A DNA stretch of 63,667 bases, counting the filler, from Octopus bimaculoides (taxonomy: Eukaryota): NCBI RefSeq assembly GCF_001194135.2. It is 7 parts of 6 records of this genome, joined end to end, with 100 filler letters (N's around TTAATTAATTAA, not from the genome) between each part and the next. Parts side by side here need not be neighbours in the genome. Positions count along the whole stretch, not along the records: positions 11,691 to 24,709 come from NC_068998.1; positions 24,810 to 34,513 come from NC_068983.1; 5 more parts are not named here. One strand, written 5' to 3'. Below, one piece after another: positions 13,671 through 26,689 of the stretch. The notes under the pieces are model-generated. The model saw nothing but the letters and a program-made list of their open reading frames with translations. It made no database searches and had not been told where the DNA came from. The position numbers and the translations under genes were made by a program. The stretch's first letter is position 1; the number at the start of each line of letters is the position of its first letter.

Positions 13671-13924
13671 TATTGAGGTCTTCACTGAGTATGTACGTAT
13701 GTATATACGTACGTGTGCATGCATGTATATGTGAACGTTTCTTTGGGATTTATTTATGATTTCTCCTTCGCAGAATTCAATCCAGTCGCTTATAAAGTGA
13801 TAAGGCTCTTTTGTTTAAGCCTTGTTAACTCTTGGTGCTTGTAGTTATTTGAATTGCTTGATGTGTGCATGTATGTCCATCTGTGCGTTGAGCATATGCA
13901 TGTGCATGCAGATAAACATGCACT

Positions 13925-14012
13925 GCTGTAGTGGAAATTAGCTGCCCAGTGGATGTTAATATAAAGCTGAAGATCAGTGAAAAACAGAAGACCTATGCTG
14001 AACTACTGAGAG
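13925..14012 (+). mobile_element. Second fragment of the same RLE-LINE, opposite orientation
   Basis: VEISCPVDVNIKLKISEKQKTYAELLR, near-identical to the peptide at 13500-13610 (-). Confidence 0.75.
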
Positions 14013-14844
14013 AAGCCCGTCGTATATATATANNNNNNNNNNNNNNNNNNNNNNNNNNNNNNNNNNNNNNNNNNNNNNNNNNNNNNNNNNNNNNNNNNNN
14101 NNNNNNNNNNNNNNNNNNNNNNNNNNNNNNNNNNNNNNNNNNNNNNNNNNNNNNNNNNNNNNNNNNNNNNNNNNNNNNNNNNNNNNNNNNNNNNNNNNNN
14201 NNNNNNNNNNNNNNNNNNNNNNNNNNNNNNNNNNNNNNNNNNNNNNNNNNNNNNNNNNNNNNNNNNNNNNNNNNNNNNNNNNNNNNNNNNNNNNNNNNNN
14301 NNNNNNNNNNNNNNNNNNNNNNNNNNNNNNNNNNNNNNNNNNNNNNNNNNNNNNNNNNNNNNNNNNNNNNNNNNNNNNNNNNNNNNNNNNNNNNNNNNNN
14401 NNNNNNNNNNNNNNNNNNNNNNNNNNNNNNNNNNNNNNNNNNNNNNNNNNNNNNNNNNNNNNNNNNNNNNNNNNNNNNNNNNNNNNNNNNNNNNNNNNNN
14501 NNNNNNNNNNNNNNNNNNNNNNNNNNNNNNNNNNNNNNNNNNNNNNNNNNNNNNNNNNNNNNNNNNNNNNNNNNNNNNNNNNNNNNNNNNNNNNNNNNNN
14601 NNNNNNNNNNNNNNNNNNNNNNNNNNNNNNNNNNNNNNNNNNNNNNNNNNNNNNNNNNNNNNNNNNNNNNNNNNNNNNNNNNNNNNNNNNNNNNNNNNNN
14701 NNNNNNNNNNNNNNNNNNNNNNNNNNNNNNNNNNNNNNNNNNNNNNNNNNNNNNNNNNNNNNNNNNNNNNNNNNNNNNNNNNNNNNNNNNNNNNNNNNNN
14801 NNNNNNNNNNNNNNNNNNNNNNNNNNNNNNNNNNNNNNNNNNNN

Positions 14845-14907
<63 letters not shown>

Positions 14908-15555
14908 CGACCTACTCATACACACACATAAACACATATTATGTCTGATGCAAACTCAGAAAAATAGAAACAACTAAACGACCTAAAATAAAATAGCATA
15001 AAAAGAAAAAAAAAACTCAAATAAATAGAAATTAAGAAATTAAAACAAAATATATATAAAAAAAAAACATTAAGAAAAACAGAAATTGTCTCCTGGGAAG
15101 TCAACGTATCAATCAATTTAAAAAGCTTAGTTTCAACCTTCATCAGTTTGCCGAATCTTTCTCTGATCTATGGCTGATCATTCCATTCTACCATTATCGA
15201 ATTGATCGCCCTAAGTGCGCTTCTTGCGTTTCACACCGTTTCTTTCCTCATCCGATCTACCACTACTGGATTTCATTCCTGACTCTGCTTAATTTTCTAT
15301 CTTTCTTCCAGTCTTTGTTTTTCATTTTAATTTGTCTCTTTCTGCTATATTTTTCTTTTATAAAAAAACAAAACAAAAAAAAAAACCTCCATTTTTGTAT
15401 ATATATTTTTTCTACGTATGAACAAGTTTATGTATGTATGTATGTATGTATGTGTGTATGTATGTATGTATGTATGTGTGTATGTATGCATATATATGCA
15501 TGTATGTATGTATGTATTATGTAATATATGTATGTATTATGTATATATACGAATG

Positions 15556-15641
<86 letters not shown>

Positions 15642-16179
15642 GCTGTATGCCTGTCTGTCAGATTGCCTGTCTGTATGTCATACCGTCTGTTTGTCTATCC
15701 GNNNNNNNNNNNNNNNNNNNNNNNNNNNNNNNNNNNNNNNNNNNNNNNNNNNNNNNNNNNNNNNNNNNNNNNNNNNNNNNNNNNNNNNNNNNNNNNNNNN
15801 NNNNNNNNNNNNNNNNNNNNNNNNNNNNNNNNNNNNNNNNNNNNNNNNNNNNNNNNNNNNNNNNNNNNNNNNNNNNNNNNNNNNNNNNNNNNNNNNNNNN
15901 NNNNNNNNNNNNNNNNNNNNNNNNNNNNNNNNNNNNNNNNNNNNNNNNNNNNNNNNNNNNNNNNNNNNNNNNNNNNNNNNNNNNNNNNNNNNNNNNNNNN
16001 NNNNNNNNNNNNNNNNNNNNNNNNNNNNNNNNNNNNNNNNNNNNNNNNNNNNNNNNNNNNNNNNNNNNNNNNNNNNNNNNNNNNNNNNNNNNNNNNNNNN
16101 NNNNNNNNNNNNNNNNNNNNNNNNNNNNNNNNNNNATATATACATACATACATACTCCTTTTTTGTTTGTCTTTCATTA

Positions 16180-16815
16180 GTACTTATCTCCAACGTGACC
16201 TAACCACATCCACCACATTCATCACAACCATCAGAACCGCAACATCCGACGCAACCAACACACCTAACATAATTCTCGGTAGCTCCTACTCCTGCCCCTT
16301 CTCCATCACCAGCGCTTCATAAATAACTTTTCAATCTTCATTATAACGACATAATGTTTTCCAGGCCTTCAACCAGCTGCATTATCAATCTTTTGCTCCT
16401 CCGCATCACCACCACAACCACCGTCTCTACCCCCTAACTACCACTACCACTACAACCTCGACCACCTCAGCTATCATGCCAACAGCGTCACCACCACCAC
16501 CACCACCATTCTAACAACAATAACAACAACCACCTTTATCATTATCAAAACATAATCCAACAATAACCGCCATTACCACTATCACAACAAAAGCCGTCTA
16601 TCTACCTTCTGCCGCAAAATAGCTACCATTAGTGTCACAACGCCACTACCATCTCCACCAGCACCACCACCACCATCAGTAGCACCACCGTAATAACCAC
16701 CATCACCACCACCACCACCAACAACAACACCCACCACCACCACCACCACTAAAACCACCACCACTACGACCACCACCACCACACCACCACCACCACCATT
16801 ATCGCGACTCCGACG
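16180..16815. repeat. Degenerate (CAC/ACC)n low-complexity tract
   Basis: Trinucleotide ACC/ACA-rich, with stops in the T/P-rich frames. Confidence 0.8.
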
Positions 16816-17493
16816 NNNNNNNNNNNNNNNNNNNNNNNNNNNNNNNNNNNNNNNNNNNNNNNNNNNNNNNNNNNNNNNNNNNNNNNNNNNNNNNNNNNNN
16901 NNNNNNNNNNNNNNNNNNNNNNNNNNNNNNNNNNNNNNNNNNNNNNNNNNNNNNNNNNNNNNNNNNNNNNNNNNNNNNNNNNNNNNNNNNNNNNNNNNNN
17001 NNNNNNNNNNNNNNNNNNNNNNNNNNNNNNNNNNNNNNNNNNNNNNNNNNNNNNNNNNNNNNNNNNNNNNNNNNNNNNNNNNNNNNNNNNNNNNNNNNNN
17101 NNNNNNNNNNNNNNNNNNNNNNNNNNNNNNNNNNNNNNNNNNNNNNNNNNNNNNNNNNNNNNNNNNNNNNNNNNNNNNNNNNNNNNNNNNNNNNNNNNNN
17201 NNNNNNNNNNNNNNNNNNNNNNNNNNNNNNNNNNNNNNNNNNNNNNNNNNNNNNNNNNNNNNNNNNNNNNNNNNNNNNNNNNNNNNNNNNNNNNNNNNNN
17301 NNNNNNNNNNNNNNNNNNNNNNNNNNNNNNNNNNNNNNNNNNNNNNNNNNNNNNNNNNNNNNNNNNNNNNNNNNNNNNNNNNNNNNNNNCACTAGTATTT
17401 CCATATGTCTGAGGAATTCCTGGGGAAGTTTTGCATATGTCTACGAAACTTTCGGTAACAAGAGGAGGTAATTCATCTGTTACACGACATATA

Positions 17494-18250
17494 TACAGGG
17501 TGTGATGGGTAAATTGTTGCCATTTTATATTTTTAATTTTGCGCATGCGAATTGTTTGTTTTTGATTTTGTCGACTACACAGCATAGTGGGGTTAGTTGG
17601 GCACCGTCTGTGAGAAAAACAGCACCATGACGCAATTCACTCCGCCAGAAGTTTGGAAACGACATGCTGTATTGTGTTGCATTCGCGCCGGAAGGTTCAA
17701 TAGGAGCAGATGATGAACACACAAAACAGCCGTTGGTTTGCCGTGTCCCCAAAACATGTACTGAGTGTGATAAAAATCAAAGGATGTTTGGAGTGATCAC
17801 TAGCGAAGGCGACGGTATGCCTCCATTTATCTTCCCACGCGTCCTCAGACTCAACACAGAGCCCTACATTAAGTGCTTGGAGGAGGTAGTGCTGTCCTGG
17901 GTCAAGAGGGTGGCTGCTGGAAGACCCTATGTCTGGCAAGCGAATGCTGCACCATGCCACACAAACAGGAGAACCCATTCATGGCTGTCAGACAATTTTT
18001 GCGACAACACCACCCCTATGATCTAGCCACCTAACTCCCCAGACTGCAACCCCCTTGACTATTATGTGTAACACCAAAGATGAACTGAAGGCAAGGATTA
18101 TAGGAGCATTCACCAACTTAAACAAAAAGACCGCTGAGAAGAGCTGCAGGAGATTCCGAAGTCGTCTGGAGGCCGTGGTTGAAGCCAATGGCGATTTTAT
18201 TGAATAAATTTACTCTTTAGTATTTCAAGATATTTTTTATGTAGTTAAAT
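17494..18250 (+). mobile_element. Internally deleted DD37D/maT-type Tc1-mariner transposon
   Basis: Starts TA-CAGGGTGTGATGGGTAAATTG. Peptide ..FGVITSEGDGMPPFIFP..LNTEPYIKCLEEVVLSWVKRVAAGRPYVWQ..APCH..*PPNSPDCNPLDYY. Right TIR not found. Confidence 0.8.
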
Positions 18251-18271
18251 TTATATTATGACATATTAAAT

Positions 18272-18892
18272 GCGTAATAAATACGGTGGCTAAAGCAATT
18301 AAAAGCCAAAAAGTTAGAATACATAAATAATGGTGTAAAATAGTAGGTACAATTGCTAGAAATAAGAGTTAAAAATAGAATTCGAATAGCCACACAAAAT
18401 CAACCTCATGAGATATTCATAGGGACTGTGAGCCATATCTTTCTCCAGCGAGAGAAACTCGCTGAATGAAGTAATTTCATAAGGCCCTATTATATGATTT
18501 CGAAATTTAACCAATAAGATTTCGATTCTCTTCAGAGGAATCCACAAATTACTCAGGGTTAAAGAGATAACTTGCCTCCCACCATTAGCTCGTGAGAGAA
18601 AATAACCGTTGGACAGGGAACGTCAAAATTCAAAGCGTTTTGAGCGTATATAAACATACGATAAGATATTATAACGATAAATTAATGTTATGATATATTG
18701 AATACGTTATAATATAGGTGGCTAAAACAATTAAAAACCACAAAGGTAGAATGCACAATTAAGGGTGCTTAATAGCACCTACGGTTGCTAGAAATAAGAG
18801 TTACAAAATATAACTCGAAAAGCCAGACAAAATCACCAACTTCCTGAGATGTTCAAAGGGACTGCGAGCGCAAGCCACAACATCTTTCTCCA
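18272..18892 (+). repeat. Degenerate ~190-bp direct repeat pair (18272-18457 and 18710-18892)
   Basis: Shared blocks GGTGGCTAAA.CAATTAAAA.CCA, TTGCTAGAAATAAGAGTT, TGAGAT.TTCA.AGGGACTG.GAGC and ATCTTTCTCCA. Confidence 0.8.
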
Positions 18893-19554
18893 TACATAGG
18901 TTATGTTTGAATTTAAAATTTAGATAGGAGACTTTAAAATGTAGTATTCAAACCTTGTTTTGGGTATGTTTCTAGCATAGTGCCTTGAGAGCACATTCAC
19001 GACTTACGGCTACAAGGCGTCATCCGTGATACTGCATTTTAGTCGCAGGATCTACGTAAGGAATTCCTCGGTGCACGTTTAGTATATTTTAAATAATTGA
19101 TAGGGAAGACAGTGTACTGTAAGCTTTATTCAGCACGACGATCGTTTCGGCTTACGTCTGCACTGCTCTCTAGTGGATGGGGGACAATATAATGGAATCC
19201 AATGCACAAACGATACTGCTATTATAACCACAGGACGACATCACCTCCACCTGGTTATTCAGTGTGCTTCACACTCAATATACATGGCAAGCTGGAATAA
19301 ACTACTGCTGTGTCTACGACGAGTATCCGTCATTGACGATATTTAAAATGAGATCGAAATCACGTGATCTGGTGCTCTCTGAGCTAGAAATATATGGAGT
19401 TCTCTCCTCGCTTGCAATATGTATCTAGTGCGAAGCGCACTGAAGAACCGGCTGAAGGAGGTATCCTCCTGGGGTTAAAATAGCAGTAGCTATAGAACAC
19501 CCACGTTTAAGTGCCGACAATCATTACTTATATATAAATATATATATGTGTGTA

Positions 19555-19595
<41 letters not shown>

Positions 19596-20299
19596 CAGTG
19601 TGTATATTTTTATGATAAAATTAATGTCATCACTACTTGGTTCTTGTGTACCTCTAGCAGGGTCCAATCAAATGCGAGCTTCCCTGTTGTCAACTCTTCA
19701 TATGGAGGATGATTTCCTCCACATCATTCCACTTAAAGGCCTTCCAAATTGTCATAAGCATTACCATCTCTCTTGATTTAGTGATAAAAAATATTCTTCC
19801 TGGAGATTTTCGAGATTTCGAATTTGTTTACAAAACACATCATTTTATGTCACACATATGTACGTACGTATGTATGTATGTATGTATGTATGTATGTATG
19901 TATGTATCTTCAATCAATTCATGCTCACTGTTCCTCTCTCTCTCTCTCTTTCTCTCTCTATCTATCTGTGTCTGTCTATCTATCTTTGCATATATATAGA
20001 CACACACNNNNNNNNNNNNNNNNNNNNNNNNNNNNNNNNNNNNNNNNNNNNNNNNNNNNNNNNNNNNNNNNNNNNNNNNNNNNNNNNNNNNNNNNNNNNN
20101 NNNNNNNNNNNNNNNNNNNNNNNNNNNNNNNNNNNNNNNNNNNNNNNNNNNNNNNNNNNNNNNNNNNNNNNNNNNNNNNNNNNNNNNNNNNNNNNNNNNN
20201 NNNNNNNNNNNNNNNNNNNNNNNNNNNNNNNNNNNNNNNNNNNNNNNNNNNNNNNNNNNNNNNNNNNNNNNNNNNNNNNNNNNNNNNNNNNNNNNNNNN

Positions 20300-20674
20300 T
20301 TGTTTCAGTCATTTGATTGCGGCCATGCTGGTGCACCGCCTTTAGTTGAGCAAATCGACCCCAGGACTTATTCTTTGTAAGCCTAGTACTTATTCTATCG
20401 GTCTCTTTTGCCGAACCGCTAAGTTACGGGGACGTAAACACACCAGCATCGGTTGTCAAGTGATGTTGGGGGGACAAGCACAAACACACACATATATATA
20501 CATATACATATATACGACGGGCTTCCTTCAGTTTCCGTCTACCAAATCCACTCACAAGGCTTTGGTCGCCCCGAGGCTACAGTACAAAACACTTGCCCAA
20601 GATGCCACGCAGTAGGACTGAACCCGGAACCATGTGGTTGGTAAGCAAGCTACTTACCACACAGCCACTCCTGC
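20300..20674 (-). mobile_element. SINE family B, near-complete copy
   Basis: Reverse complement of the family B head (GCAGGAGTGGCTGTGTGGTAAG) through the tail (CAGTCAAATGACTGAAACA-like). Confidence 0.9.
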
Positions 20675-20879
20675 ATATATTTGCATAAGCACGTATACAT
20701 TCATGCATATTTGCATGTACATAATTACATATACATACAAATGTATTTGTATATACAGCAATACATATGCATGCAGTGATAGACAGCTAGACAAATAGAA
20801 AGATAGACAGATAAATAGATAGATAGACAGGCAGACTGACAGACAAATAGTTGGATAGGTAGATAGATAGATAGATAGG

Positions 20880-20945
<66 letters not shown>

Positions 20946-21439
20946 CATGCATGCGTACATATGTTTGAACAAATATTTGCAGTTACAGCTCAAATTTCCG
21001 TTGGTATAAAATTTATTTCTGAAATTGACGAACACCTTAGANNNNNNNNNNNNNNNNNNNNNNNNNNNNNNNNNNNNNNNNNNNNNNNNNNNNNNNNNNN
21101 NNNNNNNNNNNNNNNNNNNNNNNNNNNNNNNNNNNNNNNNNNNNNNNNNNNNNNNNNNNNNNNNNNNNNNNNNNNNNNNNNNNNNNNNNNNNNNNNNNNN
21201 NNNNNNNNNNNNNNNNNNNNNNNNNNNNNNNNNNNNNNNNNNNNNNNNNNNNNNNNNNNNNNNNNNNNNNNNNNNNNNNNNNNNNNNNNNNNNNNNNNNN
21301 NNNNNNNNNNNNNNNNNNNNNNNNNNNNNNNNNNNNNNNNNNNNNNNNNNNNNNNNNNNNNNNNNNNNNNNNNNNNNNNNNNNNNNNNNNNNNNNNNNNN
21401 NNNNNNNNNNNNNNNNNNNNNNTATATGATTATGTATAC

Positions 21440-21481
<42 letters not shown>

Positions 21482-21550
21482 GAACATACACACACACATA
21501 TATACATATATACATAATATATATATATGTATATGTATATATGTGTACAT

Positions 21551-21592
<42 letters not shown>

Positions 21593-21654
21593 ATCATACA
21601 AACACACATACACACACATATATATATACATACATGCATACATACATACATACA

Positions 21655-21686
<32 letters not shown>

Positions 21687-21754
21687 CACTGTAAAATAAA
21701 CCATCTACGTAAATTATAGTTATGTCAATGCGTGCGTGAATGTATGTTTGTGTT

Positions 21755-21817
<63 letters not shown>

Positions 21818-21827
21818 NNNNNNNNNN

Positions 21828-21877
<50 letters not shown>

Positions 21878-22256
21878 AAGAGAGAGAGAGAGAGAGATGA
21901 ACGGAAGATTGCTTTACTGTGAAAGGGTGTGTGTGTGTCTGTGTGTGTCTGTGTTTCTGTATGTTTATCTGAGCGGTGTGTCGTGTGTTAAGCGTCCATC
22001 GTCTATATCATTTTTACCATCTTTATGTGATCTGGTATTCCTGGTGGCGGTGATGGCCTTTGATTATCCCCCTTAAGCGGTATAAACAAGATGCTTACAT
22101 GCACCAAAAGACTATATGTGAGGTTCTCTCATCTTTACTATCGCAGTATTCTGTGTTCTAACACAACATTCACTTTTAAGTGGGGACAAATATTACCTTT
22201 TGGTATTAATACTATTTCTGTCGCTATTAATTAGTTTTTAATATCTAATATAAAAC

Positions 22257-22715
22257 CTAAGGCAGCGATTTGGCGGAATCGTCAACACGTGGGAACTAAT
22301 GCTTAGCAGCATTACGTTCGCCCTTAATGTTCTGAGTTCAAATTCCACCGAAGTAGTCTTTGTCATTATATCCTTTCGGGGTCGATAAAATAAGTACCAG
22401 TTGAGTGCTGGGGGTTGATGCAATTGACTTAGCCCATGCCTCGAAATTGCTGGCCTTTTACCAGAACTTTTAATCAATATTTAACATGGAACGTACATAA
22501 AGTGGACGAGCTGACAGAATCGTTAGCACGTCGCGCAATTGCTTAGCAGCGTTCCGTTCGTCCTTAATGTTCTGAGTTCAAATTTCATCGGGGTTGACAT
22601 TGATTTTCATCCTTTCGGAGTCGATAAAATAAATACCAGCTGAGTACTGGGTTCTATGTAGTTGAATTGACCTCTCCCCTAAAACTGCTGGCCTCGTGCC
22701 AAAATTTAAAGTCAA
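22257..22715 (+). mobile_element. Two head-to-tail SINE family A copies
   Basis: Two successive ..GCTTAGCAGC..TTCTGAGTTCAAAT..CCTTTCGG.GTCGATAAAATAA.TACCAG.. units (22257-22480, 22500-22715). Confidence 0.8.
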
Positions 22716-23582
22716 TATGAACCCCATCCTGCATAAAAATGTAAGTTATACAATACTACACATGTAATCACACAAATTACGAGTTTGCATAGCAACAAGT
22801 ATATATATATATATATATATGTGTGTAGAGTGTTAGGTGTGATGTACAGAAGTAAATATTGAAAAAAAAGTCGTCAGAATTTTGGAATAACTTCTTTCAT
22901 TTATTTTATACATATATTAGCGCTTTCGTTCGTCTTTCGAACCTGTCAAATATAATTCTGTGAAAATACAGAGATCTTGCTTATTTATATAAAAACAGGT
23001 GTTTTTGGGAGTTTTGTTTACAACAGAACATTGTTTTGTTTTTTTGTTGTTTTTTTGGGGTGAGGCTTTGGAGACAATGGGAGATGTATAAGCTGATAGA
23101 TAGATAGACAGGCAGATAGAGAGATAGATAGATAGATAGATAGATAGACTGATAGTCAGACAGATAGAGAGATGAATGTGGTAATATATATATATATATA
23201 TANNNNNNNNNNNNNNNNNNNNNNNNNNNNNNNNNNNNNNNNNNNNNNNNNNNNNNNNNNNNNNNNNNNNNNNNNNNNNNNNNNNNNNNNNNNNNNNNNN
23301 NNNNNNNNNNNNNNNNNNNNNNNNNNNNNNNNNNNNNNNNNNNNNNNNNNNNNNNNNNNNNNNNNNNNNNNNNNNNNNNNNNNNNNNNNNNNNNNNNNNN
23401 NNNNNNNNNNNNNNNNNNNNNNNNNNNNNNNNNNNNNNNNNNNNNNNNNNNNNNNNNNNNNNNNNNNNNNNNNNNNNNNNNNNNNNNNNNNNNNNNNNNN
23501 NNNNNNNNNNNNNNNNNNNNNNNNNNNNNNNNNNNNNNNNNNNNNNNNNNNNNNNNNNNNNNNNNNNNNNNNNNNNNNNNNN

Positions 23583-23644
<62 letters not shown>

Positions 23645-23815
23645 TGCTTAATTACTATTAACCATGAAAGAGGTAAAATGTGTTTCTTCAGGTGATTATT
23701 TTGAATAAGTCCTTCTTCAGATCTTAGTCATATTTTACTTAGCAGAAGAATGAGTTCACAAAGTAGGGTACTACTTTTGTCAATTTGCATATGCAAAAAC
23801 TAAACCGTTCGTTAC

Positions 23816-24150
23816 AGGCGCAGGAGTCTCTGTGTGGTAAGTAGCTTGCTTACCAACCACATGGTTCCGGGTTCAGGCCCACTGCGTGGCACCTTGCGGT
23901 AGTGTCTTCTACTATAGCCTCGGGCCGACCAAAGCCTTGTGAGTGGATTTGGTAGCGTATGTGTGCATATGTTTGTGTGTCTANNNNNNNNNNGCTGTGT
24001 TTACATCCCCCGTCACTTTGCGCTTCGGCAAAAAGTAACCGATAGAGTAAGTACTTGGCTTACAAAGAATAAGTCCTGGGGTCGATTTGTTCGACTAAAG
24101 GCGGTGCTCCAGCATGGCCGCAGTCAAATGACTGAAACAAATAAAAAAGA
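23816..24150 (+). mobile_element. SINE family B copy
   Basis: Head CAGGAGTCTCTGTGTGGTAAGTAGCTTGCTTACCAACCACATGGTTCCGGGTTC and tail CAGTCAAATGACTGAAACA. Confidence 0.9.
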
Positions 24151-24269
24151 ATAGTGACAGACAAAACACAGGTATGATCAAAATACAGAAGCAAAAGAAA
24201 CGAACGCTTGTTCCTGTATTTTGGGTTTTGGATATGTATTCGAGTTTCGTCCGTCACTATATCGATGAA

Positions 24270-24313
24270 TGTAGGCAAATTGTAGGCAAATTGTAGGCAA
24301 ATTGTAGGCAAAT
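24270..24313. repeat. 11-bp tandem repeat (TGTAGGCAAAT)x4
   Basis: Read directly from the sequence. Confidence 0.95.
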
Positions 24314-24809
24314 TGCTGAAAATAACACTGCTTTATGTATTCATTTTGCACGGAGTTAACGGACAGTATGATTTAATGAAGACCTGATCCAAAATGATGA
24401 AGAAACGCATTTAACGTCTGTGATGGATGATAGTAATTACGCAATATCTTAATTATATCATCTCACCAATACATTGCGAGTGAAACGATAAGTGGAAACA
24501 GTTGAAACTGATTTGGTATAAAAAATGTCGATCCATCTATTTTCTCTTATTCGTTTCTTTATACAAGCTCTACGGATATTATAGAATTCATGACAGGAGT
24601 ATCCTCATTGTATTATGACATCCGGTTGCCAATAAGTGTGGACGAGCTTTCCATAGCGCACTACGAGGTTTCTACGCAAGTTTTATTCAATTGCACACAC
24701 ACACACACANNNNNNNNNNNNNNNNNNNNNNNNNNNNNNNNNNNNNNNNNNNNTTAATTAATTAANNNNNNNNNNNNNNNNNNNNNNNNNNNNNNNNNNN
24801 NNNNNNNNN

Positions 24810-24960
24810 ATGTTTTTAGCAGTACTTTGTTTGCAAGTTTTGAGTTCAAATTCTGCCCAGGTCTACTTAGCCTTTCATTCTTTCGGGGTTGAGATTGGTG
24901 TAATCGACTTAACCTCTTCCCCCAGAATTGCTGGCCTTGTATCAAAATTTGAAACCATTA
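24810..24960 (+). mobile_element. SINE family A, 5'-truncated by a gap
   Basis: TTTGAGTTCAAATTCTGCC..CCTTTCATTCTTTCGGGGT..GTAATCGACTTAACC..TTGCTGGCCTTGT. Confidence 0.7.
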
Positions 24961-24974
24961 TCATTATTATTATC

Positions 24975-25017
<43 letters not shown>

Positions 25018-25354
25018 ATAGTAACGTAGGCGTTATCTATATTCCAAACCCCGCTCAATAACAAGAGAGCTTCAATTTAGTTGCTCAACCTGCTACAAAT
25101 GTCAATTCAATTGCGATCAAATCACACTATCATCAATATAATGGAATTTCAGAAAAAAAAAAAGACAGCTGCTTAGATCAAACTTTTGTTTGTTTGATTA
25201 GGGACTGACCCAGAGCTACACAACAACAACAATTAATCAGAAGCTGTTGCTCCTTTTTCCTGACAATCCTATAATACATAATCAGTTTAATTTTTCTCGT
25301 AAGCGTAAATATGTAAGCTTTAAAGAAACCTAGAGATGTGTTATAATCACTTAC

Positions 25355-25545
25355 TTTCATATAAATGCCGTTTTTGAAACAACCACATTCTGATTCAGAA
25401 ACACATTCTTCTCCGCTAAGAAGAAATCCGGGTTTACACACACAACCTTCTGTGTATCTCGTACAGCTGAGGGTCTTATTAATACAAGATGGCTGACATT
25501 TTAATACTTTACCCTTGTATTCTTGATTGTTAGGACAAAGTTTCG
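25355..25545 (-). CDS. Exon encoding a TIL (trypsin inhibitor-like Cys-rich) domain of the EGF-VWD-C8-TIL protein
   Basis: Acceptor tcattccag, donor AAA|gtaagt, phase 1 to 0. (P)KLCPNNQEYKGKVLKCQPSCINKTLSCTRYTEGCVCKPGFLLSGEECVSESECGCFKNGIYMK has the TIL pattern C..C.PSC..C..EGC.C.PG...C....C. Confidence 0.93.
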
Positions 25546-26347
25546 CTGGAATGATAAAATCAGTTTTATACTGGAATTTTGTATAAAAGGAAAACAAAGC
25601 AAAAGGAAATACAATTTTCAAAATCTTCAATCCAGTTAATTTCTATTCACTTTGAAATGAAAATATATATATATATATATATATATATANNNNNNNNNNN
25701 NNNNNNNNNNNNNNNNNNNNNNNNNNNNNNNNNNNNNNNNNNNNNNNNNNNNNNNNNNNNNNNNNNNNNNNNNNNNNNNNNNNNNNNNNNNNNNNNNNNN
25801 NNNNNNNNNNNNNNNNNNNNNNNNNNNNNNNNNNNNNNNNNNNNNNNNNNNNNNNNNNNNNNNNNNNNNNNNNNNNNNNNNNNNNNNNNNNNNNNNNNNN
25901 NNNNNNNNNNNNNNNNNNNNNNNNNNNNNNNNNNNNNNNNNNNNNNNNNNNNNNNNNNNNNNNNNNNNNNNNNNNNNNNNNNNNNNNNNNNNNNNNNNNN
26001 NNNNNNNNNNNNNNNNNNNNNNNNNNNNNNNNNNNNNNNNNNNNNNNNNNNNNNNNNNNNNNNNNNNNNNNNNNNNNNNNNNNNNNNNNNNNNNNNNNNN
26101 NNNNNNNNNNNNNNNNNNNNNNNNNNNNNNNNNNNNNNNNNNNNNNNNNNNNNNNNNNNNNNNNNNNNNNNNNNNNNNNNNNNNNNNNNNNNNNNNNNNN
26201 NNNNNNNNNNNNNNNNNNNNNNNNNNNNNNNNNNNNNNNNNNNNNNNNNNNNNNNNNNNNNNNNNNNNNNNNNNNNNNNNNNNNNNNNNNNNNNNNNNNN
26301 NNNNNNNNNNNNNNNNNNNNNNNNNNNNNNNNNNNNNNNNNNNNNNN

Positions 26348-26402
<55 letters not shown>

Positions 26403-26429
26403 TGTGTGGTGTGTGTGTATGAAACTTAC

Positions 26430-26689
26430 GGCAAAATGTTGTGGATCTCCATTTGACAACAATGCTTGCTTTTTCGCATTCACTTGAAAAGGCTTCAAGT
26501 ATTTCACAAAGTTTATCTGCCTCATCTTTATTTTTCGCTGAACATAGACTGGCTCGACAAGATTTTTGTAATCTAGCAACATTTTCTTCACCAATAGTTT
26601 GAACACATTTTTGAAACACTGGTTTTTTAAAGATGGTATCACATTGCATTGGTTGACTGCATTCCACAGTCAATGCTTGGGACTTACAA
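26430..26689 (-). CDS. Exon encoding a C8 domain
   Basis: Acceptor tctattttcag, donor C|gtaagt, phase 2 to 1. CKSQALTVECSQPMQCDTIFKKPVFQKCVQTIGEENVARLQKSCRASLCSAKNKDEADKLCEILEAFSSECEKASIVVKWRSTTFC has the C8 Cys spacing and WR...C end. Confidence 0.93.

Noticed and set aside
16180-16815. Thr/Pro-rich tract as a mucin PTS exon
   Set aside because: The T/P reading is on the plus strand, opposite to the VWD gene, and is interrupted by stops.
19438-19500. CTGAAGA with paired stems II and III as a hammerhead
   Set aside because: G12 is replaced by T (TAAAA) and stem I does not pair.
22095-22170. Small phase-0 candidate exon NTEYCDSKDERTSHIVFWC with a gtaagc donor
   Set aside because: Weak acceptor, no TILa/VWC cysteine pattern, and no downstream partner exon found.
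25178-25354. Read-through of the TIL exon ORF (VSDYNTS..TKV*) as the C-terminus
   Set aside because: A perfect AAA|GTAAGT donor sits at the usual post-TIL boundary and the read-through runs into simple repeats; intron retention is not excluded.
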